From: Takakia lepidozioides
Taxonomy: Eukaryota; Plantae; Bryophyta
Direction: 5' to 3'
Length of the DNA: 64,000 nucleotides
Assembly: GCA_030704615.1 (NCBI GenBank)
Contig: CM060733.1
Location: 8,990,001-9,054,000, forward strand
The notes under the pieces were generated by a model. It saw only the letters and a list, made by a program, of their open reading frames with translations, searched no databases and was not told the DNA's origin. Both the position numbers and the translations under genes were made by a program. Numbering within the stretch: the first letter of the stretch is position 1; each line of letters opens with the position of its first letter. Shown in pieces: positions 1 through 12,073 of this stretch.

Positions 1-7
1 TGGATAT

Positions 8-195
8 TAACATTCAATTTTTATTATTCATCTTTTTTTTATTTCATATATTAGGTACTGAAAAAGTAATGTTCTTAATAGGTAAAATTATGTTTGAAGC
101 GGCTAATAACATTGTCTAAAGCGAGTAAAATAAAATCCTTGAATAGGCAAAACAATGTGTAAGTGATTAAAAATAGTCAACATACTATAGATAAA
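8..195 (+). repeat. Dispersed AT-rich repeat, copy 1 (copy 2 at ~5296-5580)
   Basis: Colinear diverged match to 5296-5580 (tactgaaaaagtaa...tttgaag[c/t]ggctaataa...aaagcgagtaaaata...ttgaataggcaaaacaat). Confidence 0.75.
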
Positions 196-789
196 CAAGC
201 CTCAAACGGCAATTGGCTCTCTTGCTTTGCTTTGGCACAACATAAGAGGAAGGTAAGACTAGGGAGCATGACTCAGCACAACACACCAATCAGCGCCTTG
301 ACACGGTGTAAGGTACTTTGACCATATTTTCTCCATTGACTTGCATGTCTCCTCAAAGTCTCTCTCTACAAGAGAGCCAATATAATAGTTTCAGGTACTA
401 AAAATAGATAACATGGAATAGATAAATAAAACTGACCCGAAATGGGTCAATGGCCCTTTTTCAACCCCCTCATCTTCCTGGATTCTTGTTTGATTGACCA
501 AGTGGTTGCTTAGTTCATCTTTAAAACAAGCGGCTAGTTGCTCCACCCTAATCACAAAACTGAAATACTAGTACTGGCGGTCTTGATTTTCTTGAAATCA
601 AAATAATAAAATATTTAAAACATAAAATTGGAACCTTCAACACTGACAGTAATCCCTGAGGATAATAATTAAAAATTTAATGTGAAATTTAGAATAAAAA
701 TATTATATGTTTTCACCTCGATAGAAGATAATAATAATAACTTAAATGCAAGAAACAAAATGCGAAAAGATAAAATTGAATGTGGAATT

Positions 790-1100
790 GGAGGGATAAA
801 TCTAAAGAGAACTGAATACAATGGAATTCAGGGATGAAACAAAAAGGAACTGCATAAAACTTCGAGAAAATGAATATGATAGAACTGAAGGGATAAATCT
901 GAAGGGAACTGAAGGGATAATTTTGAAGGGAACTGAATGTGGTAGAACTGAAGGGATAAATCTGAAGGGAATTGAATCTGATAAAACTGAAAGGATAAAT
1001 CTGAAGGGAACTGAATATGATAGAATTGAAGGGATAAATCTGAAGGGAACTGAATCTGATAGAACCGAAGGGATAAATCTGAAGGGAACTGAATATAATG
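790..1100 (+). repeat. Minisatellite, ~39-bp unit (gggataaatctgaagggaactgaatntgatagaactgaa)
   Basis: About 6-7 degenerate tandem copies; explains the repetitive ORFs 802-1119 and 821-1138. Confidence 0.9.
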
Positions 1101-2049
1101 AGATTAAAGCACTAACCAAGTTACGAATGAATTGGTAACAATAGATGGATGAGAATCTAGAGTATATTGAAAACGGCTATTTCTTGGGAAAGGTAGGATG
1201 TTTGATAGGTAGGTATGAACTGGGGAAGGTACATCAGGAGAAAAGAATCTATGCGTGGACTATCCTTAGGGAGGAGCCAATAAAATAAAATAAAATACTA
1301 CAAATAAGTAGCTCGACGGAAGCCTGGGCACTGCGGCTAAAGATGTCGCAATTCTCGCCACGCCAGAATCGTGCATAATGGCCTCACCCTGCCCAAATCT
1401 TGGGCCCTTGGCTTGCAGGTCGACCCCGCCTTTCGAGGGTGGCGAGGGTGGCCCATTGGAAAAGCCCTGAGCAACAAGGGGCCATGCAGAATTAGAGGTC
1501 TCGAAAGGGAGAAGATTTGGTGGAAGGATTGAACGTAATTGACCCCCTCAAAACTTGATTGACGTCCCAGTTCTCTAAACAAAAAACCCAACTGTTTCCC
1601 AACACCAGAAAATGTGCACAGGGCTGTGGCCCGGTTGTAAGACGTCCTGTGCATGGCATGTGGGTCTGGGTTCAAACCACTGTGAACCGCCTTCGGGCTG
1701 GGGCTCTGCCCCTGTTTGTCTTCATGGTCCTGAAGGGGGATTTATTCTCCCCCTGAAGGCACAGTGGTTTCTTGGAAACAAAGAAGCACAAAAAAGTGGC
1801 AGTGCAGAAAATCCCACCCCCTCCGGATCACTACAAGAGATGTATGCCAAAATGTTGTTCCAAAAAATCTGCACAATTAGGAAAAGGTGGCTAGTCACAT
1901 TATGAGGCTTGTTGATATATAATTTGTACTTAATTGACTTAGCCATTTAGGAATTTCGAATAGAATCGCTTGAATTTTTTTCCTAACTCTGCAGAGGTTG
2001 CAGAGACTTTTCAGCCTCACGAAAACGTTCTAAGACTCCAACTCCATAT

Positions 2050-2290
2050 GGCAATATGCCACGGATGCCATTGGTGCTATCCTCAGTCAAGTGGTTGACA
2101 GGAAAGAACGGAAATGAACCTTACCAACATTTAGCTACCTATTATGTCCACCTGCTCACAAAATTTTGGAAGAATTGACCTACTCCAGTCGTCGTATCCA
2201 ACATTGGAGCGACTGAGGAATATTGGACCAAAGCATATACAACGACACCAGTTGGTACCTCCCACTTTCGCCCTTTCACCCTGGTGATTC
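2050..2290 (+). pseudogene. Highly decayed Ty3/gypsy RNase H fragment
   Basis: Translates TDAIGAILSQVVDRKER, similar to the TDAS-xxA-IGAVLSQ RNase H motif; several stops follow. Confidence 0.35.
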
Positions 2291-3651
2291 TGGGTCCAAA
2301 TCGAGCTACTTACCCTGTGGGGTGTGTGTCGTATGATCTTCCCCCTTTCCTTGGGCAGTGTCCCATGAGGCTTGTGGAGCGACATCGTCCCTATTTAATT
2401 CGCTCCGTGCATATAATATATCCCATACTATTTCTAGTTTGTATTGTACATCAGTTTGTGTGTATATAGCGTGCCACAGACATAGTCAAAGAGTTGACGC
2501 TGGGTATAGTTAGTGAGAATGCAAAACGCTGCAAAGAGAATTAGACAATTTAGGAGTTGAACGATGTCAAACCCTTTTTATCTATTATAATTTTTTTGAA
2601 CTCCCCAAGATTTTACAAAGCAAGTTTCAAGTGCTATTAAAAAAAAAAAAAAACTATGTGTTATGGTGTTTTTTCCTCCCTCCTTTACTAATGACTCTTG
2701 TTAAGTGTTAATTTTCTTCCAATGCACATTTGTATAGATGTATAACAGGACAACCAGGTCAAGGTCATGCATTTAACCTTAATTTTACTTAACATGGTAA
2801 CTTAACATTCAAAAGTTTCAAATGTTAAATTCTGATCTTTAAGCTATGTGTAATTGTTCCTTCTCTAAGTGCGCTTTCTGAAAGACTCTTATTTTATTTG
2901 TTGTGATGCTAAATATCTCTATGTGTTATACTCCCCAGGTCTAAGACATACACAAGGTAGACCGGAGACTGTAGTCCTTTTCCAATGTCAGCCGCCGCAC
3001 GAGGTTGACGTCCACGCTTTGCCGACCATGTTGCAGCTATTCACATGAGTTATGCACGACCGGCAGATTTCCGTAGGGTGGCAGTGAAAGGCTGAGCTGC
3101 CGTCGCCATGCTCTAACCACCGCGCAGGGGTGAAAAGGAAACCAAGATTGTATGCGTCCTAAATAAAAGAACGTCTTGCATTTGAGACGCCTGCCTGCAT
3201 GGGGAATGTGGTTCGACCATGGTTCAATGTGCACCACCCAAGTCCCCCAAAATCCCTTGGGCAAAGGACTTCCCCAACCTAAGAACTTTTCAAAAAAATT
3301 CTTACAAAGGGGTCCACCGTCCTAGGAAAAGATTTATCGCTCCCGAAGACCTTATCCAACTTATGCAGAATGTATGGCGTGGAACCCCACAGCCTGAGAT
3401 TTCATCTTATGAATACACTACAAAATTTAAGCCTGAGATTCCATATTGTGAATACACAATACACTCCAAAATTTATGCCTGATATTCTGTCTTATGGATT
3501 GGGTGAAGTCCTGCATGGAGGAGTTTAGCTCACGTAAGAAAACTCAAAATATTTTTTGAACCGTCAATGTCTTTCTGGACGGTTCAGATCTCATTATGGC
3601 GATAAGCCCATGGGCTTCACCCCATAACCATGAACACCGAGGGAAACTACG

Positions 3652-4438
3652 AAATGCAAGGCCTTCAGAAATACACTGGCAAAATATTTGGAGGTTTTTA
3701 CGAATGCACGACAAAACTTACAATAACATTGTAAGGTTTTCCACCTAAAGAAGAGCCAAAACTAGACTCATCAAGGGAGACCTCGGACCACATAATAATT
3801 TCCTGGCTCGTAAATACCTGACCTAATTGTGAAAATATGAAATTCAAGGCCCTCCAAAAATACACTGGCAAAATATTTGGAGGTTTTTACGAATGCACGA
3901 CAAAACTTCCGATAACATTGTAAGGTTTCCCACCTAAAGAAGAGCCAAAACTAGACTCATCAAGGGAGACCTCGGACCACAGAATCATTTCCTGGCTCGT
4001 AAAAACCTGACCTAATTGTGAAATTATGAAATTCAAGGCCCTCCAAAAATACACTGGCAAAATATTTGGAGGTTTTTACGAATGCACGACAAAACTTCCG
4101 ATAACATTGTAAGGTTTTCCACCTAAAGAAGAGCCAAAACTAGACTCATCAAGGGAGACCTCGGACCACAAAATAATTTCCTGGCTCATAAAAACCTGAC
4201 CTAATTGTGAAAATATGAAATTCAAGGCCCTCCAAAAATACGCTGGCAAAATATTTGGAGGTTTTTACGAATGCTCGACAAAACTTACGGTAACATTGTA
4301 AGGTTTTCCACCTAAAGAAGAGTCTAGTTTCCACCTAAAGAAGAGCCAAAACTAGACTCGTCAAGGGAGACCTCGGACCACATAGTCATTTCCTGGCCCA
4401 CAGAATCATTTCCTGGCTCGTAAATACCTGACCTAATT
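3652..4438 (+). repeat. Tandem satellite, 189-bp unit, ~4 copies
   Basis: Anchor tac[a/g]ctggcaaaatatttggagg recurs at 3672, 3861, 4050 and 4239 (exact 189-bp period); the last copy is rearranged. Confidence 0.95.
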
Positions 4439-5295
4439 TTTCCTTTGTATTTGGAGGTACCTTCCAGAGAACTTTCCTCCTGTTTTTGGAGGCACCTTTC
4501 GGGAGTTGTAAGGTCTGCTGGGCTGGCAGGTATCTTACAAATTTGTAAGGCCCTGCTAGGTTAGGTTTTCACGTTGTAAGGCCCCCCTAGGTCGGGTTTC
4601 ACGTTGGGGAAGGCCCTCCACTCAGGGCCTTCCTCTACACATACCATGCAAGTGCCACACCTACCCAAACACACTATACAAGGTACCAGAGTTTAATGCA
4701 CGCTTGGAGATTGGAGACTTATCGTTATGGTCCCCGGGTGGCCGGAGGGGACACATCGCCTCCCACTGTCAAATCCCCACCTCTGTATTGTGCTCCGTCC
4801 TGCCCTATTTGCCGGTTTAAAAAAATTAAAAGAGTGAAATGTGGTAAGAAAGAGGTGGAAAATGTGATAGCTGGGTGCATTGAATGATAGAATTGTGATT
4901 TGGAGTACAAATCTCAAATGGTGTAGTGCGTTGGGTTCTGATTAAGAAAACCCAATGGTCTGGTTTGTAGCAGCTGATTGTTGCGGTGAACCATGGCTCG
5001 TTCCTTTGCTCCCCCTTGAGGTGCTATGGGAGGTTCCCCACTATTGTATTGCCTCATGGCCCCCACGAGGTTATTTTTTCCTCGTCTTATAATTTGAGTA
5101 TTAGGGCTCCGCTCCCTTTTCATTCCAAAAAAAAAAAAGGGGAAAAAAAGAAAACCGAAGGTGTTGTACTTATTTTTCATTTCCACAAAATTGCAAGTCT
5201 TCACTCCCCTCCTCTCACTTCCCTGGTCCTGCTTCCGCGCGATCAGCAAGGTTATACATAGCAGAGCAGGAGGAACAAGGCAACGCTAAACAACT

Positions 5296-5580
5296 TAACA
5301 TCCAAATTTTTATTGTTCATCTATTTTTATATTTCAAATAATATATTAACTACTGAAAAAGTAAATTTTTAGTAGGTAAAAATAAGGTTTGAAGTGGCTA
5401 ATAATTGTATAAAGCGAGTAAAATAGTGGTGTTCAAGGGGTTTTAATTTTTTCCCCAAAATAATCCTAATAAAGTTAAGCTCGGGGCCACTGTCCCCTGT
5501 TTAATTTTTTTTAAAAGAAAAAGAAAATCTTGAATAGGCAAAACAATCTGTAAGTGATTTAAAAGTCAACATATAGGTAA
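5296..5580 (+). repeat. Dispersed AT-rich repeat, copy 2, with a ~100-bp A-tailed insertion (~5425-5527)
   Basis: Matches 8-195 except for an inserted segment ending gccactgtcccctgtt...aaaagaaaaagaaaa. Confidence 0.7.
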
Positions 5581-6899
5581 ATATAATATACTTCTGCAAA
5601 AGTGAAAAGAATTAGCTCATCCTTTAAGGGTTAATAAAGGAAAGAAAAAGGAGGGACGGAACCCAAATAGATTGATAAGAGAAAAAAAAAAAAAGTCGAG
5701 TGCCATGACTTATAACACGCGACTAGGCAGCTACCCAAAGGTCACAGCAGGATGGTAAACAATAGGAACTTAACGGACTCGTGTGATTTGACAATACTTT
5801 CACCGGATGGGGGGCAGCGTGGGCTCCTTGGATGGGACCATGTCAAATCCTCCCCACCCCCTCTTACCCCAAATTCACTATTAAATACACTAGAATGCAA
5901 TAGGTAAATAAGCCATGGTGAATAACCTACTGGGAAGGTCAATGCAACATAGGCAGTGAGGTGCTAGGTTCATGGGGGAGTGTCTTGTCTTGTGTAACTA
6001 AAGTCCATTTTATAATTCGTCAAATTTCAAGACCAAGTGCCAGTTACACCGAGTAGTTACATTCCCTTCCATGTATCCCGGTGCAACCCCAAGTGGAGTT
6101 ACACTCCCTTCAGTTCCATGTCACTCAGAGAGAAGGTGGGGAAGATTTGCAAGCCTTGTCAGAGATTTCACGCGCGCATTAAGTTCTTACGTTATTCCTA
6201 GTGTTCTCCCAGCAGGACCAGCAAACTAGAAAGCTCGGACGAAGCACAAAAGCGGTCCCCCAAACAGAAAAACAAGGCCAAAATTTGACTTATACAAATT
6301 TGACTATAAGGTGTTTACCTCCGAACACTTTAAAAGGGACACTGCACCGCCGTCAACCGTGTATGACTTTGTGTGCAGCCATGGAGGATATAGATCATCC
6401 CGCTAGCGATCTTCAACTTTCGCTGGGCAGAGGCCTTGTAAGGAGTTCTGTAAATTTGTGATAAAGACGGTGGTCTGCTGGAGGGTGACAGCAGATGCAA
6501 TTGCAGAGAAACATTTCTGGAGACGGGGAAGAGCACAGCATCGGCGGAGAGGGGGAGACGATCTAGCTATTTGGAGAAGTCCTGCAGTGTATAGCGAGAG
6601 AAGAAAGAAAGAACAAGATTCTACACTGGAGGAAGAGCACTAGATGTGAAGAGAGAGAGGGGGAGGGAGAGAGAGCGCGTGCAAAGTGAGAGAAATTTTT
6701 GTGACGTTCAGACATTGTCAAGTGGGGGCACTTTAAGTTCGAAGAGAGCGTACGAGAGAGACGGATAATTGTTGGAAACAGAGAGGATTTACGGACAGGT
6801 GGAGAGACCTCTCATCACTACGCTGAGAGCTGAAAGTAGCTTTAGCTGGACACTGAATATTACTGAGGAGAGGGATACCGTTCTAGAAGGAGAAGAGAA

Positions 6900-7020
6900 A
6901 TGGGGGCATTTGTGACCTACTTGAAGGCCACACCTGGACCGAGTGGCTTTGGGTCCGGATCCACCGCTGAAGATGTTACCGATGGTCTCTCGTTGGGCTC
7001 CTACACTGCGATCATCACAG
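6900..7020 (+). CDS. SDR exon 1
   Basis: ATG GGG GCA...ATC ACA G|gtgag; phase 1. Confidence 0.9.
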
Positions 7021-10000
7021 GTGAGATCATCCTTCTCAGCCCTCAGTTTTGGGTTATGTTTCCAGCTTTTATGAAAACGATGTTGGATTTCAAAACGAAA
7101 TTGGGTCATCGTCGTATATTTAGTACCACAAGGAGCGCTCAAGCTCTTAGAGGAAGGGTTGTACATGTTCACCTACTACTGCTGAGAGGCCCAACAGTGT
7201 GGGCATAGTTCCCTCAAACTCTACAGAGATCAGTGCTAAAGTTTCAACCAAGTCAAGTAATTTCATATCATGGACAATTTGGAATTTAGCTCTCTGTAAC
7301 ATAGTGGCCTGGTCGAATTCCTGATATCATATTGGTGATGGATAGGCAGGTGGAACTGCTGGGATTGGAAAGGAGACTGCAAGGGTACTAGCAAAGAGGG
7401 GGGCAAGAGTGGTTCTTGCTATCAGAAACTTGAAAGTTGGAGAGGAGGTGAAGGCAGAGATTTTGGAGGAAAACATGAAGGCCCGCGTTGAGGTCATGCA
7501 GCTCGATTTGAGCAGTTTGAGTTCAGTTCGCAAGTTTGCTGCAGACTTCAAGGCTCGCAATTTACCCCTCAACATTCTTGTGTAAGTTGATTCCGTTCTT
7601 TTATAAGAGTTATGTGTCCCATTGTTTCCCATGCAGAAACTCATGGAAGGAGAGAGAAAGAAGAAAATGAACTTTATGCAACATCCATGGGAGGCCGAAG
7701 GAACAAAATAGACCAACACAAGAGAGCCACTGAAGGTCCAAAATGACAACTCAGGGCACAAATATTGCTGAAGGCGGAGCAGTGTGTCATATGCACTTAG
7801 GTGTCTTCTAGCTAAAGCCTCCATAAGAAAGAGACATAGAGGAAGAATGTACTCATAAGACGTTGTTTGCCGTAGCCTTGTGGCCATTGACCCCGCTCCC
7901 AGTGAGCGGAACACAAAGGGACAGAAACTACCTTTGTCAGGGGCTGACGCCAGTAGTAAGACTTACCTTGAAACAGACATTTGATCCGAGTTTCCCAGAT
8001 ATCCTCTAGAAACCCTTCACACAAACCTCAGTCTGCTGAGTGTGATTTCCCCAATAACTAGATCCCAAAAGGGCCCAGGCGTTTGGCTCAGCCTTGAGAT
8101 TTTCAATGTTGGTAAACAGAGGTACGGGAACGATTCCCTTGATGGATTTGACTAGGGTGTCTCTCTGGTGAGAGTACCCAGGACAATGAATCAGAAAGTG
8201 GATATTGTCTTCAGGTTGCCCACACAACAGGCATTTGCAATCCCCTTTCCTCTCTGCATCTGCATGCTGTTCAAAGGTGGGCTTCCTGCCCCGAGTTTAA
8301 ATCTCAGTCTAGTGCCAAGAGTGGGTAGACCCTTGAGGTCATCCATGATGGCCTCACCTATGTCAGACTGCAAACAAGTTCAGGGATGTTTTCTCATTTT
8401 CATCAGCCGATTTCCTGGCAAACAGACATGGCTTTGGACACAACAGCCTCTAAGTCAAATTATCCAGCAGGGTCAAGACTTGCGGACTTAGATTCAGATC
8501 CTTGAAAATCTCTTCTACCCACTTGTTATGAGAGACGAATAAAGTAGAATGTAATAAGGACAATAACTTTGAAGAAATACGATGAGGGGAAAAGCGGGAG
8601 AGCCCACTGGTGTTGGCTAATGATGTGTTGGAAGACAGAAGAGGGCCCAGACTCTCTTGAAGTAGACAATTTAACTGCCGCAAATCCCAGAGATGAATTG
8701 AGCCTGCTCGTGTGACCACGAACTGTCTCCAGCTTTGGTCACAGTCCATGAGAGCCACTGCTGACCCTAACATTATACGCGGTTGTGCTCTACGCCTGGC
8801 CATAGCGTAAATCTGAAACATGCAACAGTCAGGACTCAATAGTACCAAGATTTATCAGCTAGGCCAGCCCTTCTTCCTTACGTAGTCAAAATAGCTCGTG
8901 TACTCATTTCAAAAGAGGAAGTCTTCCAATTTTGGGAAAGGAACCAGCCACGGCAGATTAGGAGAGGCAAAAGAGAGAGGCAATTGAGTGAAGTTGTTAG
9001 CTTCTCAAAAACGACTTGAAACGAGAGCTTATAATGCATACTGATGTCTTGATATTGCTCTGTAGAAATAATGGGGGAATCAGCTCTGACGAGCCTAGAT
9101 CTACATCAGATGGCCTGGAGTTGATGTTTGCCACCAACTATTTGGGTTAGCTCTCATGCCCTGAATGATCTGGACACTGAGAGAGCAAGAGTGACAGATG
9201 CATGCATTCGTCTGTCAGGTTAGGGATTTAGCACTTCCTTATTCTTATGGGCAGAGTAACTCGTCACCCTCCCCTCAAGTGGCTTATGGGCGAAACCCAC
9301 TGTGAAGCAGGCTGGCCAAATCTCTCCAAAAGAGTATGCCCCTGGTTGCAAGATAAGCTGCGTATACAAGTTAAATGTCAGATTCGTTGTACAGGATTGA
9401 TTCTTTGTTACAAACCCTTAAGATGACCGCAATTTTGGGCATTATTCCTGGGAATTGCTTGCAGAGCTTAAACAGGGTCTAGGGAATTTTCTGAAAGGAT
9501 ACTGGCAAGAAGTCATAGAATTGTCATGTTGGTCGGCTAAAATGGATTAGGGCCTCGTATCTGTCGTGCAGGTCACTTTTTGTTGACAGACTTGCTGCTG
9601 GACATCATGAAGACAACTGCCACGCAGACTGGCATCAGAGGACGCATCATTGTTGTATCAGGAGCCATCTATACGTTCACTCCGAAGGGTGGGATAGCAT
9701 TTGCTCAACTAATCAACTCAAAAACGTAAGGACCTGAATGAACTGGGTATCGATAACTCCTTGGTTGTTATTTACATTAGCCCTTGCCTATCCTCCTCTC
9801 ACTGTGCCCAGCCCTACCTTTCTCTACATCGACTATATCTCTGTTACGGTTGGTCTTCTGAAAGCAGGGGGTTTACTGGATGGTGTGGAACAGAATCTAC
9901 GGTTTTTCGGGTTATGGTCAATCAAAGCTTGCCAACATCCTCCATTGTCAGGAGCTCTCGCAACGTCTCCAGGTCTTCTTTTTGCTGCCCATGGTTGTTC

Positions 10001-12073
10001 AAACCTTCTTTACCCGAGCTTTGTGTCCCAGTTGTGGGGTGAAAACTCCACAACAAGTGAATATAGAGCACCCGTAGTGCATGCTCAATGGCCCATGTGG
10101 TGCATGCCTCTTCCCCTCTCTCCTCTATACAACGTTTGGTATGGTTTATCCTAGATGTCTTTTAAGATAACTAGAAGGACTTAACCTAACCATTCCTAAG
10201 ATGCTACAATTACCCTAAAGCAGTACACTAACTAGGGTTAGTAATAACCCTAAGTGTTAGTATGTTAATATAGGGAGGTACTTTAATATAGGGAGATGAC
10301 GGAAATAGAGCCATGTGGCTGTTCGGGGTAAGTTTGGGATCCCTTCCTTAAGCTCCCGAAGAGATGAATTCAAGGTCAGATGGTGGAGTCAGCTGCAACA
10401 TATGTCCAACATCAGATATCCTAAGTTTAATCGACTCTGTATCTTGGAAGCAGGATCGCCCTGTCAAACAGGCTAAATCCTGGCGGAAGAGAGTAGAAGA
10501 GATTTCTGAATCTTAGCCCGCAAGTCTTGACCTTGCTGGATAAATCTGACTTAGAGGCTGTAGTGTCCAAAGCCATGTCTGTTGCCAGGAAATTGTCTGA
10601 TGAAAATGAAGTTAGTCAGAAAACTTCCCTGAACTTGTTTCCAGTCTGTGACATGGGGGAGGACATCATGGATGACCCCAAGTGTCTACACACTCTCGGC
10701 ACTAGACTGAAATTTAAACTCGGGGCGGGAAGCCTACCTTTGAACAGCAAACAGAAGCAGAGAGAGTGCAATTGCCCGTTGTGTGGGCAACCTGAAGACA
10801 ATATTCATTTTCGGATTCACTTTCCGGGGTTCTCTCAGAGACGCTCTCTTCAAATCTATCAAGGCCCGAATTGTGCCTGTACCTCTGTTTACCAACTTTG
10901 GAAGTCTCGAGGCTGAGCCAAAAAGCCCAGGCCCTTTTGGGGCCTAGTTATTGGGCAAACCACACACAGCAGGTTGATGCTTGTGTAGGGATTTCTAGAG
11001 GATATCTGGAAAACCCGGATCAATTGTTTATTCCAAGGTAAGTCTTACTACCGGCGTCGGCCCCTGACAAAGGCGCAGGGTCAATGGCCACAAGGCTACG
11101 GCAAACATCGTCTTATGAGTACATTCTCTCTCCCCACCAAGTTTGCCTGACAATCCTTGGTATACCTACTGGCTTACTCCGCTCCTGTGTGGGAGCCTGG
11201 GGGGCACCCTGCTGATTGTTCAATGCTTCATCTCAAGTCCTAGACTGGTCAAAGGCAAGTCATAAGAACTGGACTTTTGTGGTTGTTCAATTATGGGTGC
11301 AACACAGTATGGTGCCAATCTTTTAGAGTCACTGATCAGTGCGTCGCTTCTCTTGACTCGGTGCAGAAACAAGGCATCAACATAACCGTCAATACTCTCC
11401 ACCCAGGAGCCATCAGGACCAAGCTCACAAAAATTAAGGGTCCACTGGGGCTCATTGGTAAGAAAGTCTCCTTAGGCCTCCTCCATTTCCAAAATGGATA
11501 TAGCTTGGATTTTGCCAGAAAATTATATGCCATACTAATGGTCTAAGGAAGAAATTCACGAACAATCATCACTCCCCATTTCGATTGATGATCTGACACA
11601 ACAGTTACTTCATGATGTGAACAGAGTCCCTTCTGCCCGATTTCATCTACAAGAATGTTCAGCAGGTATACATCAAAAACCTTCACGTTGTCAGAATAAG
11701 CCTGCATACATAGCTTCAATAGAGACCTTTCGATTTCTGTTTCCGGGTTATACGCGTCCGCTTTCTCCTCGGGATGAAAAAAACTGTGGATTTGGAGACT
11801 CAGGGTACTTGAGAGCATTCACTTTTCCTTTTTGAATTCAAACAACTGCCCAGATGTAGCTTTATGCAATTTCTTGACAATTGCTTGTGTTGTTGGTGCT
11901 CATGGCAGGGGGCAGCTACCCAAACCTATCTTGCAGCACACCCGAGCCTGGATGAGGTGACTGGAAAATACTTTGTAGATTGCAATGAAACTCCACTGTC
12001 CGGCCGAGCATTGGACAGGGAATTGGCTGATAAGCTTTGGAAGTGGAGTGAGGCCTACATTAGCACTCATTGA
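6900..12073 (+). CDS. Short-chain dehydrogenase/reductase, TIC32/retinol-dehydrogenase-like; 8 exons, 320 aa
   Basis: Exons 6900-7020, 7350-7581, 9066-9145, 9572-9725, 9894-9972, 11367-11457, 11625-11665 and 11909-12073. All introns are GT-AG with compatible phases; 963 nt, no internal stop. Motifs: GPSGFGSGSTAEDVT, Rossmann ITGGTAGIG, LDLSSLSSVRKFA, NNGG, FATNYLGHFLLT, catalytic YGQSK, LHPGAIRT, KNVQQGAAT, GKYFVDCN. Confidence 0.93.
7350..7581 (+). CDS. SDR exon 2 (GxxxGxG Rossmann motif)
   Basis: gcag|GT GGA ACT GCT GGG ATT GGA...ATT CTT GT|gtaag. Confidence 0.92.
7845..8520 (-). mobile_element. Non-LTR retrotransposon (LINE) 3' fragment in SDR intron 2
   Basis: Decayed C-terminal region RLRFKLGAGSPPLNS...CGQPEDNIHFLIHCPGYS (CCHC-like, typical of LINE ORF2 ends); homologous to 10348-11130 and 23805-24386. 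Confidence 0.7.
9066..9145 (+). CDS. SDR exon 3
   Basis: gtag|A AAT AAT GGG GGA...AAC TAT TTG G|gttag (NNGGIS...FATNYLG). Confidence 0.92.
9572..9725 (+). CDS. SDR exon 4
   Basis: gcag|GT CAC TTT TTG...TCA AAA AC|gtaag (HFLLTDLLL...GRIIVVSG). Confidence 0.92.
9894..9972 (+). CDS. SDR exon 5 (YxxxK catalytic motif)
   Basis: acag|A ATC TAC...YGQSKLANILH...CTC CAG|gtctt. Confidence 0.9.
10348..11130 (+). mobile_element. LINE 3' fragment in SDR intron 5 (same family, opposite orientation to the intron-2 copy)
   Basis: RLKFKLGAGSLPLNSKQKQRECNCPLCGQPEDNIHF; shares the 3' end ggtcaatggccacaaggctacggcaaaca...cttatgagtacattct. Confidence 0.7.
11367..11457 (+). CDS. SDR exon 6
   Basis: gcag|AAA CAA GGC...NITVNTLHPGAIRT...ATT G|gtaag. 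Confidence 0.92.
11625..11665 (+). CDS. SDR exon 7 (41 nt)
   Basis: acag|AG TCC CTT CTG CCC GAT TTC ATC TAC AAG AAT GTT CAG CAG|gtata; supplies the family-typical KNVQQ before GAAT and restores phase. Confidence 0.85.
11909..12073 (+). CDS. SDR exon 8
   Basis: gcag|GGG GCA GCT ACC...GKYFVDCNE...LWKWSE...TGA. Confidence 0.92.
   Translation, partial: GAATQTYLAAHPSLDEVTGKYFVDCNETPLSGRALDRELADKLWKWSEAYISTH

Noticed and set aside
802-1138. 105-aa repetitive ORFs on both strands
   Set aside because: By-product of a 39-bp (3n) minisatellite; no domain or gene context.
4608-4633. Perfect 10-bp hairpin as a Helitron 3' end
   Set aside because: No CTRR at the usual distance, no matching 5' TC end, and it lies on the wrong side of the weak helicase relic.
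11712-11795. Alternative SDR exon 7 (FLLGMKKTVDL-like)
   Set aside because: No phase-compatible AG/GT pair; 11625-11665 fits both splice sites and the KNVQQ motif.
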